A DNA stretch of 63,020 nt, filler included, from Malassezia furfur (taxonomy: Eukaryota): assembly GCA_052055015.1 (NCBI GenBank). It is 2 parts of 2 records of this genome, joined end to end, with 100 filler letters (N's around TTAATTAATTAA, not from the genome) between each part and the next. Parts side by side here need not be neighbours in the genome. Positions count along the whole stretch, not along the records: positions 31,627 to 63,020 come from JBQJIT010000093.1; 1 more part is not named here. One strand, given 5' to 3'. Shown here one piece after another: positions 43,224-55,246 of this stretch. The notes under the pieces were generated by a model. That model saw only the letters and a list, made by a program, of their open reading frames with translations. It was not told the origin of the DNA and ran no database searches. Position 1 is the first letter of the stretch, and every line of letters begins with the position of its first letter. The position numbers were made by a program, and so were the translations under genes.

Positions 43224-46198
43224 ATGACCGAGTCGTCAATCCAGGTCGCGGTACGGATCCGGCCCCTGAATGCGCGAGAGGTGTCACTACTTGCACCGGT
43301 AGACACATCGCAGCCATTCCAGGGGGACGGAGGCCTTGCTGGATCGCCCAGCAAGGCGCAGAATGCGATTGCAGCGATGCGCACCAACTACATCCGCAAC
43401 ATTCTGTCGCCGGTGGACGACCGCGTACTGGTGTTTGATCCCGCAGAGCCCACTGCACAGATTCGGGGCCAGAAGCAGCAGCCCACGACGCATATGCATT
43501 TCCACGGCAACGGCCGGCGAGCGCGCGACGTGCGCTACGCGTTTGACCGTGTGTTTCCCCCGACGACGACGCAGCAGGAGGTGTACCGCGGCACGGTCGA
43601 GCCGATGCTCACCGGGCTGCTGAGTGGATTCAACGCAAGCGTGTTTGCGTACGGTGTACGTGGGTGCCACTGACGCAGGCGACGGGGTGTGGCAAGACGC
43701 ACACGATCAGCGGCAACAGCGAGGACCCTGGCCTGATCTTTTTGACGATGCGTGGGCTGTATGAGCGGATTGAGGAGGAGCGCGACCAGTTCGAGACGCA
43801 TGTGCGGTTATCCTACCTCGAGATCTACAATGAGACGATCCGTGACCTGCTCTCGCCGACGCCGACTCCGCCCGGCCCTGGGCTTGCGCTGCGTGAAGAC
43901 GCCGCGAGCAAGATTTCGGTGGTAGGCATTACTGAGCACATCCCTGAGTCACCAGAGCAGGTGCTCGAGATGATCACTGAGGGCAACAAGCGGCGTACGC
44001 AGAGCCCGACGGAGGCCAACGCCGTGAGCAGCCGCTCGCATGCGGTGCTGCAGCTCAACGTCACCCGCAAGCCGCGCACGGCAGGCACCGTGGAGGAAAT
44101 GAGCAGTGCGTCGCTCAACATTATCGACCTGGCCGGCTCAGAGCGTGCGTCGGCGACCAACAACCACGGCATGCGCATGAAGGAAGGCGCCAACATCAAC
44201 CGCTCGCTCCTTGCGCTCGGTTCGTGCATCAATGCGCTGTGCCAGACGGGCGGTGCGCGCAACGCCAAGGGGCGACACATCCCGTACCGGAACAGCAAGC
44301 TGACGCGCCTGCTCAAGTTCTCGCTGGGCGGCAACTGCAAGACGGTGATGATTGTGTGTGTCTCGCCCTCGAGTGCGCACTACGAAGAGACCCACAACAC
44401 GCTCAAGTACGCCAACCAGGCCAAGAATATCCAGACCAAGGTCACGCGCAACCTGCTGCACATTGACCGCCACGTTGCGCAATACGTCCAGGCGATTGCG
44501 TCGCTGCGCCAAGAAGTACAGGAGCTTAAGGAAAAGCTCGCAAGCACCAGCAGCGCCGAAGCCCCCGCCGAGCGGCGCAAGCGCGATGCATTGCTCGCTG
44601 ATGCCACGCGCCAACTTCAGGACGCCGCGGCGGTGCAGCGCGACGCATTGCGACAGGCGGCGACCGACGCCGCGCCGCTGCACGCCGCCGAGGCGGTGCG
44701 CAGCGCCCTGCGCGCCGCCGTGGATGCAAGTGCGGCGCCCGACCGCGCGATCCTCGAGTCGCTTCTTGCGCAGACGCCCGACGTCGTGGCTCCACCCGAA
44801 GATACCTACCGCCTCGCAGCCATTCCACTGCCGCCAGCGGTTACCGCCGACGCCACCAGCACCGCGCTGTATGCCGCGCGCCATGCGCACTTCGAAGCGA
44901 ACCTCGCGGCCGAAGCGCGCGCCGCCGCATTGCAGGCCGCGCGACAGCTCCTACAGGACACGATCGGGCGTCGCCTGATCGATCTGGCGCTTGGGACGGC
45001 GCACACGACGCAGGCGCTGCGTGCCGCCGCTACACGCCTCGACGACGACCTCGCCGACGACGACCGCATCGCGCTCGCCGCCGACCTGCGCACCGCCGGA
45101 GAGCGTGGCTCCGCGGCACTGCAGCAGGCGATGGGCGCACACGTGCCGGACAATGCGCCCGAGGGGCGCAAGGTGGCACACCCGTCGCCAGCGCGGCGCA
45201 TGCGTCCGTCCCTCGGCCCGCGGCCGGCTGGCGATGCGGCGCGGTTTATGCGCCTTGCGAGCCCGCGCCGCCGCACACTGCGGCCAAGCATAGGCGCGCG
45301 CCACCGCAACATTGGTGGCGCTCCGCTGGTGGTGCCCGACGCGACCAAGGACGCCAAGCCCAGCGCGGTACCGGCGGCACCGGCTGGGCCGCCCAAGCCG
45401 CGCGTAAGCCTTGCGCCCGGCGCTCGGAAAAGCCTCGCGCCGCGGCCGAGTGTGGCGCCGGTGCCACGGCGCAGTGTGGTGCCCACCGACGTGCCGGCGC
45501 GAGCGGCCGAGCCGAAGAAGGCAGCGGTCGACTTGCGGCGCACGCTTCCTGATAGGCCGCGCAAGCCGGTGACTGCCCCTGCAGAGTCCGTGCGAAAGTC
45601 GGCGGTACTCGACAAGGCAACCGAGCCCTGCGTGCCTGAGAACCGTGCCGCCGAACGCCGAGCAGCCGAGCGGCGCCCCGAGAAGCGCACTGCTGAGGTG
45701 GCGCCGAGCGGTGCGCGTGCGCCGCCGGCAGCACCGCCTGCCGCGCCGCCTGCCGCGCCACGCACGCGCGCCGAGGGCGACGCACGCCCTGCGCGCCTTT
45801 CGCTGCTGAGCGACACCTCTGACGATGCCGTGCAGCCAGTGAGTACGTCGCCGGCGACGACGGCCGAGCCGGTGCTCTCGCCGACGCTCGCGATGCGCAC
45901 GACGTCGCCAGCACGCCCCCCGTCGACGACGCCATCGGCGGCGTCGCGTGGCGAGGCTGGCGTCAAGCGCCGCGGCCTGTTTGAGCGACAGTTCCTCACC
46001 CGGCCCGAGCCAAACGACGGCGACAGCACGATGGACTCGCTTCTGCACACGGACTTGGGTGACCTGTCCGCGCAGTTGCCACGCGAGGAATGGCAGGCGA
46101 GTCTCCTCGACACCCCCCGCCGGACCTCGTCCTCCTTTTTCACGACGCCCTCGCCGCGCGGGCACCGGTCGCGCGAGAGCCGCGAAATGCCCGCCTAG
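43224..46198 (+). CDS. KIP3: Kinesin-8 (Kip3/Klp5-6) motor, 2 exons
   Basis: SSIQVAVRIRP, FAYG/ATGCGKTHT, SYLEIYNE, NAVSSRSHAVLQ, IDLAGSERA, EGANINRSLL, ETHNTLKYA. Intron 43656-43678. Confidence 0.93.
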
Positions 46199-46233
46199 CC
46201 GCATGGGTTGCTACAATATGTTACGTAGCTGTA

Positions 46234-47838
46234 CTATAGATGTGCGCGCCGCCCTGGCCGGCGCTTGGAAAGATAGATGGTGACGCCCAGCGCGATGCCC
46301 ACGGCGACGAAAAAGGCGCCGGTGATCCCGATGCCGATCCACCCAAAGTTGTCGTTGCACCAGCGCCACCAGAGCCACCAACGCCCTGCAAGGCCGCCGT
46401 CGTGCGTCTCCGCTTGCCGGTCAGCTGCCGCCGAGCACTGGCTGCATTCGCTGCCGATCAGGCCTAGAATTTCGATGATGGATACGGCAAAGGCAATGAT
46501 GATCGACAGGAGCGTGAGAAAGAGCGTAAAAGGTGTAGTGGACACGGCAATTTCGTGGGCCATGTCGGGCACGTCGGGTGCATCGTCGTCGTTTAGGAAG
46601 AGGTCATGATCGCATTCGGGATGCTCGTCGGGTACCTCGACCCAGATCGAGTACCACTTGGGCTGCGCTTGCAGCTCCTCCCATGCATACGCACAGACCA
46701 TCAGCACCGCATCGCAGCTATCGGCCAGCATCATTCCCGCGGTAAACAGAAACGCCAGCAATACGACACTCCCATTTGCCTCCGAGCTGCCACTCAAACT
46801 TGAGCTCGCAATCACAGCAATGGCCAGCAGGGAAATCGTGCTCGCTGTGTCGAAGCCGAGGCCAAACAATATGCCGATCGGATACATTTTCCACGGGCGG
46901 TCGATAGCGCGCAGTAACGGACCGGTGAGCCGCGTAAACAGGCCCCGGAACTCGGTACGGCGCGCAGGTGCCTCCCCTGGCGACACAGGCGTTGCCGCGT
47001 TGTCTTCTTCGGACTTGGGCGCCTCGACTATTACCGAGTCGGTGCGTCGGTGCAGGTGCGGATCGGTATGGACGTCGACTTGCGTCGACTGAGCTAGGGT
47101 ATCATCCGCTGCTGTGTCGTGCGCGGCACTCGGCGCCTGCGCCGCCGTGTCTTTGTGCGCATCCTCGGTCTGCGCCATTGTGTCTTTGTGCGCGTCGACG
47201 GCCTTCGCCGCGCCGTCCTTGGGCGCCACCTCAATGTCGGCCGTCGCAGCATTGTGTTCGGCATCCCGTACCCGCTTGCGTTCCATGCGCAGGCTGTGGA
47301 TGCTGCGAATCAAAATGATGGAATTGATTACGCCGATAATGAACAGGAACGAGCCCGAGACACTTGCGCCGATGATGCCGCCAACGTCCGACACCGTGTT
47401 CATCCGCGCGTACACCGTGAAGGACACGGCAATCGCAATTAGCACCGCGACAACAATGGTTGAGTGCCCCAGACTGAACCAGAGACCCACGGTCACCGGC
47501 CGCTGGAAGCCCGGCCCATGCTTACGGGGCACGGCCATAATGCGGCGCGTAGCATTGTCGATCGCCGAGATATGATCGGCGTCGAGAGCGTGACGCAAAC
47601 CTGTGGCCCATGCAACCAGCGCAAAGCTCAAGAGCGTGCCGGAGCGTTTCGCAACGTCGTCGGCATTGTCAGACAAGAGCTTCTCGGCCTGGCGCGTCGT
47701 CTCATCCGGCTTACCCTTGATGCGGTGCTGAAATACGGAGAAGGTCACGGCCGTAATCACCCATAGAACCGCATTGAGTGCTACTAGCGCGCCGAGCAGC
47801 GGGATACCGCGTGCAAGGATCGTGAGTCGGCGCGCCAT
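46234..47838 (-). CDS. NIC1: High-affinity nickel/cobalt transporter (NiCoT, HoxN/NixA/Nic1 family)
   Basis: GLRHALDADHISAIDN, FSLGHSTIV, GASVSGSFL, WKMYPIGILFGLGFDTAS, LFTAGM..DS.D. Confidence 0.93.
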   Translation of the reverse strand: MARRLTILARGIPLLGALVALNAVLWVITAVTFSVFQHRIKGKPDETTRQAEKLLSDNADDVAKRSGTLLSFALVAWATGLRHALDADHISAIDNATRRIMAVPRKHGPGFQRPVTVGLWFSLGHSTIVVAVLIAIAVSFTVYARMNTVSDVGGIIGASVSGSFLFIIGVINSIILIRSIHSLRMERKRVRDAEHNAATADIEVAPKDGAAKAVDAHKDTMAQTEDAHKDTAAQAPSAAHDTAADDTLAQSTQVDVHTDPHLHRRTDSVIVEAPKSEEDNAATPVSPGEAPARRTEFRGLFTRLTGPLLRAIDRPWKMYPIGILFGLGFDTASTISLLAIAVIASSSLSGSSEANGSVVLLAFLFTAGMMLADSCDAVLMVCAYAWEELQAQPKWYSIWVEVPDEHPECDHDLFLNDDDAPDVPDMAHEIAVSTTPFTLFLTLLSIIIAFAVSIIEILGLIGSECSQCSAAADRQAETHDGGLAGRWWLWWRWCNDNFGWIGIGITGAFFVAVGIALGVTIYLSKRRPGRRAHL

Positions 47839-47956
47839 GCGTGCCAAGCTTTGGCGTTTGTGCGGGGTTCGATAGCCAGGAGGTCAGGGGCACGCGCCTC
47901 CACGCGATAGTGTGTTGTGGATTTAATCGGCGCGGAAGGAAGGACCGGGTTGTTTC

Positions 47957-50900
47957 ATGTCGCCAGCGATGCTGCCGTCGGGCATCGCGTCGGCGTCGCT
48001 CGACCTCTTCAACGCTGCGCCTACGGACCCCGGCAAACCGAGTGTGCATGCGGTGCCGAGCCATGGCGTGCATTCTGCGCCGCGGCGCTTGCCAGACACG
48101 GCGGTGAGCGCACATGCGCTGCACGCCGCGACGTGTCGCATCGACGTGCTCGGTACGGACGCTTTTGTACTTGCGCGCGTGCTCCAGTCCGGTACGGAGC
48201 TCGAGGTGCGCGTGCTCGGCAGCGAGCAGGAACCGGCGCCCACGAGCTTCACGTTTGCAGCGCCGCTGCTGGCCAACGTCGGCGTCTTCCAGGATGCGCG
48301 GACCAGTGAGGTGCACCTACTCGCCGTGACGCACGCGGGCATGCTGTGCCGCCTGCGCATCCCGCTCACAACTCTGCTGCGTGGCACGCGCCTCCCGTCC
48401 GGATGGGCGAGCGAGTGGGCGATCGAGGGCCTAGCTGCGTCGCCCAATGCGCTCGAGGCGACGTCGGTGCACGCCGTCGATGCCGGCCTCGTGCTGGTCG
48501 CGTGTGCCGACGGCTCGCTGCTCCAGCTGCGGCAGTCGATCACCAGCGAAGGCTTTGTGGGTGCATGGCGCGAGTCATCGATGCGTCCGGCCTCGTTCCT
48601 GTCCGGCGTGTCGCGTCTCTTTCAGCGCGGCGTGATGGCCTCGCCAAGCCGCGCGACGCAGCGCACCGCGCCGACGCAGACGCTTGCTCTTGCGAGTCAC
48701 GTCCGGGAGGATGGCACGGCGCTCGCGTTCTGTGTGTGCCGCGACCGCAAGCTGCGCGTGTGGAACCTGATCTCGGAGAGCTGTGTGCGCACGCTCGACC
48801 TGCCACTTTCGTTCAGCGCCACGGGCACCGCCGCCGAGCTTGAGGAACGCGACAGCGATGCATTTGAGCGTACGAGCGCGCCGCTCGTGCAGCTCTTTAC
48901 GCCGAGCGACGACGACAATTACACGCTGTACCTGCTCGTGTTTGTGCCTGCGCCCCTGCCGCATGGCGCGTTTGTCGCCGCGTACGGCATCGAGCTCGAA
49001 GAGAGTGCGAGCTGGTCGGGCGGCGTGGGCGAGATGGCGCTCGTGTGGGGCAAGTCGTGCGATGCACGTACGCAGGCCGCCGACGTCGAGCTTCGCGACA
49101 TGGCGCTCACGCGCGACGGCAATGCGTGGCGCGTGTGGCTGCTGTGGCATGCGGGCGGTGCGCCGCTGCTGCAACATACGCTTGCGCTTGGTGCGCCATC
49201 CGGCGACGAAGCAGCTGCGACGTCGTCCGTCGCGCGTCTCGGCCCACCGCCGGGCGAGGTATGGACATCGATCACACCCTATGCACAGTATGCGCCGCTC
49301 CGTGGCCCCGACTTTGACACGACGCTTGCAGCACACTGTGCCACAGACGAAATGGCCCAGTTCTTTGTGCAGCACCTGTGTGTGCCCGGGCGCTTCAGCA
49401 CCACGACGCTCGCGGCTGCACTACGTGCGTACGCAGCACTGCCTGACGCGGCCTTCCGCGAGCTCGCACGGCCTGCGAACCGTGCGCGCCTGCTCGAGGC
49501 GCTGGTGACGAGCGTCCCGGGGGCGCTTGCGCCGCAGGCTGATGCCGCGGCGTGGAAGGAGGCCGTTCGCGGTGCGTGGCTGCGACTTGCGCGTCTCGCG
49601 GAGCAGATCGACCGCAGCGCGCGCTGGCCGCTCGGGCTGTACGTGCACGATGCGACGCGCGCGCCGCTGCTCGTCATGCGGCACACGCTCGGCGCCGTGC
49701 TCGCGAAGGATCCTGCCACGTGGCTCACCGACCTCGCGCAAAAGCTGGCGGCCGCGACGCAGTACCCTGAGCGCGCCGTGTCGCGCACACAGGGCGAGGC
49801 GGCTAGCGCCGAGTTTGCGCTGGTCCTGCACGACCTCACGCATTATGGGACTGAGGGCGCATACGCCCCCGTGCGTGAGCACAAGCTTGCGCTACTCCAG
49901 ACCGCGACGTGTGCATGGGAGCTGCTCCGCGCGTCGGCCTACTCGTGGCGCACTGAGATGGCAGGCATCGTGCGCGACGAGGCGGACACACTGTATGCCG
50001 CGGTCGATGCGCACCTTCCTGCGCCTGCGCTCGAGCGGCTGCACGCGCGCGTCGCCACCGTCGGGCCCGACACGTTTGTGCATGAGCTGCTCGCTTTGAC
50101 CGAACTGCTTACTGCGCCTCTGTCGCACGGCGATGCGCCGCGCATCGGTACGCTTGGCACGACGCTGGGTGCCGAGGGCGCCGCCGAGGTCATCACTGCG
50201 CGCGTGCACGCGCTCCGTGCCGTGATTGTGCTGCATGCGGCGCTTTTGCGGCATGCCCAGCACCACCCGCCGCTCGAGCGCTCGCTGCACGCTGCGGTGC
50301 GGGCGTGGATGCATGCCGAGGCACTGCACACGCTCGTCACCCTTGGTGGTGTGCCAGAGACTACTGCGGCGGTCGACACGGAGGCCGTGGCATCGCTGCA
50401 CAACCTGCGCCTCGACACCAGTTCCGACGAGGCGCGCCCAGCGATACATCTTTTGCACGCGCTCGCGCAGCGCGGTGCGCTCACGTGTGGTGTGCGCGAC
50501 GACGTCCTCACACTTGCATTCGGCGCGCTGCCCACGAGCGGGACCGTTGCGCCGCTGCCGGTGCTGCGCATCGCACGGCACCTGCTGGACGCCGGCTTCC
50601 CGTCGGCGGTGCGCGCAGTACTCGCCGTATACACTGCAGACGCCGCTGCGTCGTACCTCTTGGCGCTTGCCGAGACCCAGGGGGCGCAGTGCGAAGTGGC
50701 GTTGGGGCGCCTCGCGCGCATCGCCGCGGTGCTCCGCAGCACGCGCACCGAGGAACGCGGCCGGCTGTGTGCAGTGCTGCCCATGCGCGTCACCGACGCC
50801 CGGCCGAGCGCACAGCGCATCGTCTTTTTCACGAGCGCCGCGCCGTACTGGGAGGCGGCCGGCGACCCGGCCGGCGCACTGCACTGCTATCAGCGCGCGC

Positions 50901-52372
50901 TGGATGTGCTGCACGACGCGCCGGGGGCGCTTGACGACGCCGACGCCCAGGAGCTCTTCTCGCACGTGTTCCGCGGGCAACTCGGCCTTGCCCGGTACGA
51001 CGCGGCGGCTGCGACGCTGCTCGCGATTCCCACCGAGGAGCTGCGCGAAGTGTGCCTCCATACGCTCGTCACGGCCCTGTGCGAGGCGGGCGCCTTGGCA
51101 GAACTGCTTCGCCTCCACCTCGGCGAGCTGCAGCCGCGCGTGGAGCGCGTCCTGAGCTTCAAGGCGCGCAACGCCGCGCCGCTCAGCACGCCCGACTACT
51201 TCCAGATTCTGTACGCTTACCACATCGCGCGTGGCGACTACAAGAGCGCTGCGGCATCCATGTACCAGCAGGCGCGGCGCCTGCGTGACGCGGCGCTCGT
51301 GGCGTCAGCCACCGACGTGCACCAAGCGCGCGCGCTGCTCGTGCGCGAGGCGCAGTGCGACCTCGCGGCTATCAACGCGCTCGTGCTCGTCCCCGCGCCG
51401 CACGCGTGGTTCGCGTATGCGATCCACGAGGCGGAGCAGGGCCCGGACGACGAGCCCGTGCCTGCGCATGCCGCTACCGGCCGCGCGCTGCCGGGCGGGA
51501 TCACTTCGTATCTGCCACGGGAGCGCCTTGGCACGCATGCACACCCGCTCGCGATCGTGCAGCTCGCGGATGTGCGCCGCGAGTACCACCACCTGCTCGC
51601 GCGCCTTGAGCTGATGCGGCTCTACCCCGAGCTGGCGAATCCGTCTGCATCGCTGCGTGCCGACGACGCGGTTAACCTGTTCCTCGCGGCCGACGACGTG
51701 GATGCCGCCTTCACGACCGCGCTGCAACTCCACGTCGACCTGCGCAACGCATTTGACGCGCTGGCACACAAGTGCGTCGCGCTCCATCGCGCCGACGAAG
51801 CGCGGCGTAAGCGCCTCGACCTCGACGCTGACACGCCAGATGCGGCGCTGGCGCAGCTTGCAGCCGACGATGAGGAGGCCGCAGACGTGCATGCCGCCTT
51901 CCTACGCAACTCGCCGCGCGCCGTTGGCTGGTCAGGGCCGGCGCATGAGCGTGCGTGGCGCTACGTGCACCTGCAGCTCGACTTGGCCGACGCCGCCTCG
52001 AGCGGGGCGCAGGCGGCACAGTACCGCACGGCACTCGCTGACCGCCTCGTGGCGCTCGACGCATGGGACATTGCGCCCGCGTGGCTGCGCGACTGGTTCA
52101 CGCAGCACGGCCCCGATTTGCTGTTGCGCGTCTTTTTGCGGCACGGCGCACGGGCGCTGGCGCTGACGTACGCGACGCACGTTGTGGACCGCACCATCAC
52201 CGCGGCGCGCACGTCATCCGCGCAGCCCGCGTCGTGCCTGCCCTACTCGCTCTTTGACGCGCTCCTCACGACCGATCCGGATGCGACCGGCGCACAGCCG
52301 CTGCGCGACGCCCTCGCCCGCCGCCTCCACGCCCTTGGCGCCCGATCGGGTGAAGTGGGGGCGCCTTCGTAG
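47957..52372 (+). CDS. NUP160: Nucleoporin Nup160/Nup120
   Basis: 1471-aa beta-propeller plus helical protein with FLSGVSRLF, CRDRKLRVWNL, LSFKARN, ILYAYHIARGDYKSAAASMYQQA, CLPYSLFDAL. Confidence 0.85.
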   Translation: MSPAMLPSGIASASLDLFNAAPTDPGKPSVHAVPSHGVHSAPRRLPDTAVSAHALHAATCRIDVLGTDAFVLARVLQSGTELEVRVLGSEQEPAPTSFTFAAPLLANVGVFQDARTSEVHLLAVTHAGMLCRLRIPLTTLLRGTRLPSGWASEWAIEGLAASPNALEATSVHAVDAGLVLVACADGSLLQLRQSITSEGFVGAWRESSMRPASFLSGVSRLFQRGVMASPSRATQRTAPTQTLALASHVREDGTALAFCVCRDRKLRVWNLISESCVRTLDLPLSFSATGTAAELEERDSDAFERTSAPLVQLFTPSDDDNYTLYLLVFVPAPLPHGAFVAAYGIELEESASWSGGVGEMALVWGKSCDARTQAADVELRDMALTRDGNAWRVWLLWHAGGAPLLQHTLALGAPSGDEAAATSSVARLGPPPGEVWTSITPYAQYAPLRGPDFDTTLAAHCATDEMAQFFVQHLCVPGRFSTTTLAAALRAYAALPDAAFRELARPANRARLLEALVTSVPGALAPQADAAAWKEAVRGAWLRLARLAEQIDRSARWPLGLYVHDATRAPLLVMRHTLGAVLAKDPATWLTDLAQKLAAATQYPERAVSRTQGEAASAEFALVLHDLTHYGTEGAYAPVREHKLALLQTATCAWELLRASAYSWRTEMAGIVRDEADTLYAAVDAHLPAPALERLHARVATVGPDTFVHELLALTELLTAPLSHGDAPRIGTLGTTLGAEGAAEVITARVHALRAVIVLHAALLRHAQHHPPLERSLHAAVRAWMHAEALHTLVTLGGVPETTAAVDTEAVASLHNLRLDTSSDEARPAIHLLHALAQRGALTCGVRDDVLTLAFGALPTSGTVAPLPVLRIARHLLDAGFPSAVRAVLAVYTADAAASYLLALAETQGAQCEVALGRLARIAAVLRSTRTEERGRLCAVLPMRVTDARPSAQRIVFFTSAAPYWEAAGDPAGALHCYQRALDVLHDAPGALDDADAQELFSHVFRGQLGLARYDAAAATLLAIPTEELREVCLHTLVTALCEAGALAELLRLHLGELQPRVERVLSFKARNAAPLSTPDYFQILYAYHIARGDYKSAAASMYQQARRLRDAALVASATDVHQARALLVREAQCDLAAINALVLVPAPHAWFAYAIHEAEQGPDDEPVPAHAATGRALPGGITSYLPRERLGTHAHPLAIVQLADVRREYHHLLARLELMRLYPELANPSASLRADDAVNLFLAADDVDAAFTTALQLHVDLRNAFDALAHKCVALHRADEARRKRLDLDADTPDAALAQLAADDEEAADVHAAFLRNSPRAVGWSGPAHERAWRYVHLQLDLADAASSGAQAAQYRTALADRLVALDAWDIAPAWLRDWFTQHGPDLLLRVFLRHGARALALTYATHVVDRTITAARTSSAQPASCLPYSLFDALLTTDPDATGAQPLRDALARRLHALGARSGEVGAPS

Positions 52373-52417
52373 TGCTTAGTCATCCAAGCCACCGGACGCG
52401 CGGCTTCCCAGCCCACC

Positions 52418-53347
52418 ATGGACATCCAAGCGCTGATGAACCAGGCGCGCCTCGGCGCCTCGGCGGGCGCGCCCCCGGGTGACGTGCCGCAGCAGGACAA
52501 CGCTGAGACCGTATATATTAGCAGTTTGGCGCTGCTGAAGATGCTCAAGCACGGGCGCGCCGGCGTCCCGATGGAGGTCATGGGCCTTCTCCTCGGCACG
52601 ATCGTTGACGACTACACCGTCTCGGTCGTGGACGTGTTCGCGATGCCTCAGTCGGGTACCGGCGTGAGTGTCGAAGCGGTGGATCCCGTCTTCCAAACCA
52701 AGATGCTTGACATGCTCAAGCAGACCGGCCGCTCCGAGGTGGTCGTGGGGTGGTACCACTCGCACCCGGGCTTTGGGTGCTGGCTCTCCAGCGTCGATAT
52801 CAACACGCAGCAGTCGTTTGAGCAGTTGAACCCACGCGCTGTGGCGATTGTCGTCGACCCCATCCAGTCAGTCAAGGGCAAGGTCGTCATTGATGCGTTC
52901 CGTCTGATCAACCCATCCACCGTAATGCTGGGCCAGGAGTCGCGCCAGACGACGAGCAACATTGGCCATCTCAACAAGCCCTCGATCCAGTCGCTCATCC
53001 ACGGCCTCAACCGCCACTACTACTCGATCGCGATTGGGTACAAAAAGACGGAACTGGAGCAGGCCATGCTCGGCAACCTGCACAAGAGCTCGTGGGCCGA
53101 CGGCTTGCGTCTCAACGACTTCCAGGAGCACAAGCACCAGAACGAGGCAGCAGTCAAGTCGATGCTCAAGCTCGCCGAAGACTACCAAAAGTCGGTCAAG
53201 GAGGAGTCGGAGCTCACCGCGGAGGAGAAAAAGACGCACTACGTCGGCAAGCAGGACCCCAAGCGCCACTTGGAGGACGCCGTGGAGTCGTCGATGGGCA
53301 ACCAGATCGTACAGAGCTTGGGCACCATGATCCTCGCCGAGCTCTAG
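52418..53347 (+). CDS. RPN11: 26S proteasome deubiquitinase Rpn11
   Basis: [33 protein letters not shown] motif [16 protein letters not shown]. Confidence 0.98.
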   Translation: MDIQALMNQARLGASAGAPPGDVPQQDNAETVYISSLALLKMLKHGRAGVPMEVMGLLLGTIVDDYTVSVVDVFAMPQSGTGVSVEAVDPVFQTKMLDMLKQTGRSEVVVGWYHSHPGFGCWLSSVDINTQQSFEQLNPRAVAIVVDPIQSVKGKVVIDAFRLINPSTVMLGQESRQTTSNIGHLNKPSIQSLIHGLNRHYYSIAIGYKKTELEQAMLGNLHKSSWADGLRLNDFQEHKHQNEAAVKSMLKLAEDYQKSVKEESELTAEEKKTHYVGKQDPKRHLEDAVESSMGNQIVQSLGTMILAEL

Positions 53348-53384
53348 CCGTAGCCTTTTGTACTGTACAATCGACGTCCTACGT

Positions 53385-55246
53385 CTACGTCTTAACGCGC
53401 GACGAGCGTCGTGTGCGCTTGGCTACGGGCTGCGCGGCGGCGGTGGCACGGCGCTTCCCGCCCGCGGGCAAGAGGTCGGTCGCCGCCTCATGCGACGGCG
53501 CGTCCGCGCCCGAATTCTTGACTGAAGTATCCTCCGCCGGCGCCTCCGCAGCGGGCGCAGGCGTGGCGCTCGATGCCTCGGACGCCGAGGGCTTCGTCGC
53601 GGGCTTGGCCGTGGGTTTTGCCGCAGACTTAGCACGAACACCTTTCCTGCCGGTCGTCTTGGCAGGCGCCAAGTCGTCAAACACGTCGGCAGTGCTCGGC
53701 TTGGTCGCTGCACGCACACTCGTGGGGGCGGGTGCTTCGCGTTTGGTAGGGGCTTCGCGCTTCGCAGGCGCAGCGGGCGTCACAGGCGCCGTACGCTCGG
53801 TCGCTTCCTTGGCGGGGGTCGTTTCCTTGGCGGGGGGCACCTGCTTGTCCTCAGTGGCGACGGTGGGCGGGGGACCTGCCATCTCACCCTTGTCCCCCGC
53901 CGCAACATCGTCTGGAAGACTGTCGGTGCGTGGTACGTTGCGCTTCTCTGATGGCTTTTGGCGCGAAAGCTCCTTCAAGAGTGTCTCGGCAAACTTGCCG
54001 AGACCCATTGCGGCGTGCGTCTGGTAGCTGTGCTCCCCGTAGAATGCGACCACATTATCGAGATACGTCGCGAGTTCTTCCGCAAAGCGCACAAGCGGCG
54101 TATGTCCGAAATCGCGCTTTGCTACCCGCGCGGCAATGGTGTTCAGATCAAGCACACGTCCGCGGCGTTCACAGAAACGCCGCAGCTCGTATGGCATAGG
54201 CGAACGGAACTGCATCGCACAGGGATGCTCACGCACAGCAGCCAGCACCTGCGTGATCACTTCGTAGGCGGCAGCCCCCTCCATGTGAGCCATGTCGGGG
54301 AGCACGAGGGGCTTGGTGCGCAATTTGGGCGTCGGCCGCGCCTCTTTGGCCGTTTCCGGCTTCGGCACACCGTCGGGCATCTTGGACGGCTGCGTTGTGC
54401 TCGTCGGCGCAGGGGCTTGGGACATTGGCGTGTCTTTTTGCAGCGTACCGCGGCCAAATGGGTTGAGACGTGCACACAGTGCGCCCAGGCGCGACAGGCC
54501 TGGCGTATCCTGCATTGGATCAAGGTCGGCGTGCGGCGGCGTGGTGGGTCCCTCGGGCGACTTCCACACGAGCGGCGCGGGCGACACATCCTGCGTGCGC
54601 TGCGGCGTCGGCGATGCCGGTGCCTCGGCCGTGCTTTCCTCTGCCGGGTGGTCGGGTGAGGCCGTCGGTGAGCTCGGCGGTGGTGACAGTGGCTCACGCT
54701 TCTGCGCGGCCAGCGGCTTGCCAAATACGCCGGGCTCTGTCCGGGCCACAATGGGCTTCCGCAGATTGTCTGTCCACTCCTCGGCGTAGTTGCGCTCGCG
54801 CTCCAAGACGCGCGCGACGTGTGCGGCACGCGCCTGAGGACCGCGCCACACGGGCGCTATGTTGGCCGCCCGCGCGCTCTCGAGCGCTGGGAGCTTGGGA
54901 TCCCACTGCACACGCGCGTTGGCCTCACGCGCCGGCGAATCCGTAGCGGTCCAGCGCAGGGTCAGCAGTTCGCGGTCGCGCAGAAACGGCATCGCGTCGG
55001 CCAGGAGGATCGCGCCGCGCTGCTCACTACTTGCCGTCCCCACTGACGATGGGCATGGGACAAAGAGCTGCGGCGTGCAGTCCGCGGGCACCGGAAAAAG
55101 CTCGCGCGCCTTGGCGAGCAAATCCTGGATCAGCCCACGTCACGTACCTCGAAGCGATCTGGCAGCGCCGTAAAGAAGACTTTCGAGTTGAGCGTTGGTC
55201 CTTTGAGGAGGACAGCGCGTCCAGCGCGAGCACTTCCCGTGCTCAT
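53385..55246 (-). CDS. Divergent bromodomain-containing protein, 2 exons
   Basis: Exon 1 MSTGSARAGRAVLLKGP..RFE, intron 55125-55147. Bromo-like block HPCAMQFRSP..VLDLNTIAARV..FAEEL..LDNVVAFYG..AAMGL. Basic NLS-like C-terminus. Confidence 0.65.
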
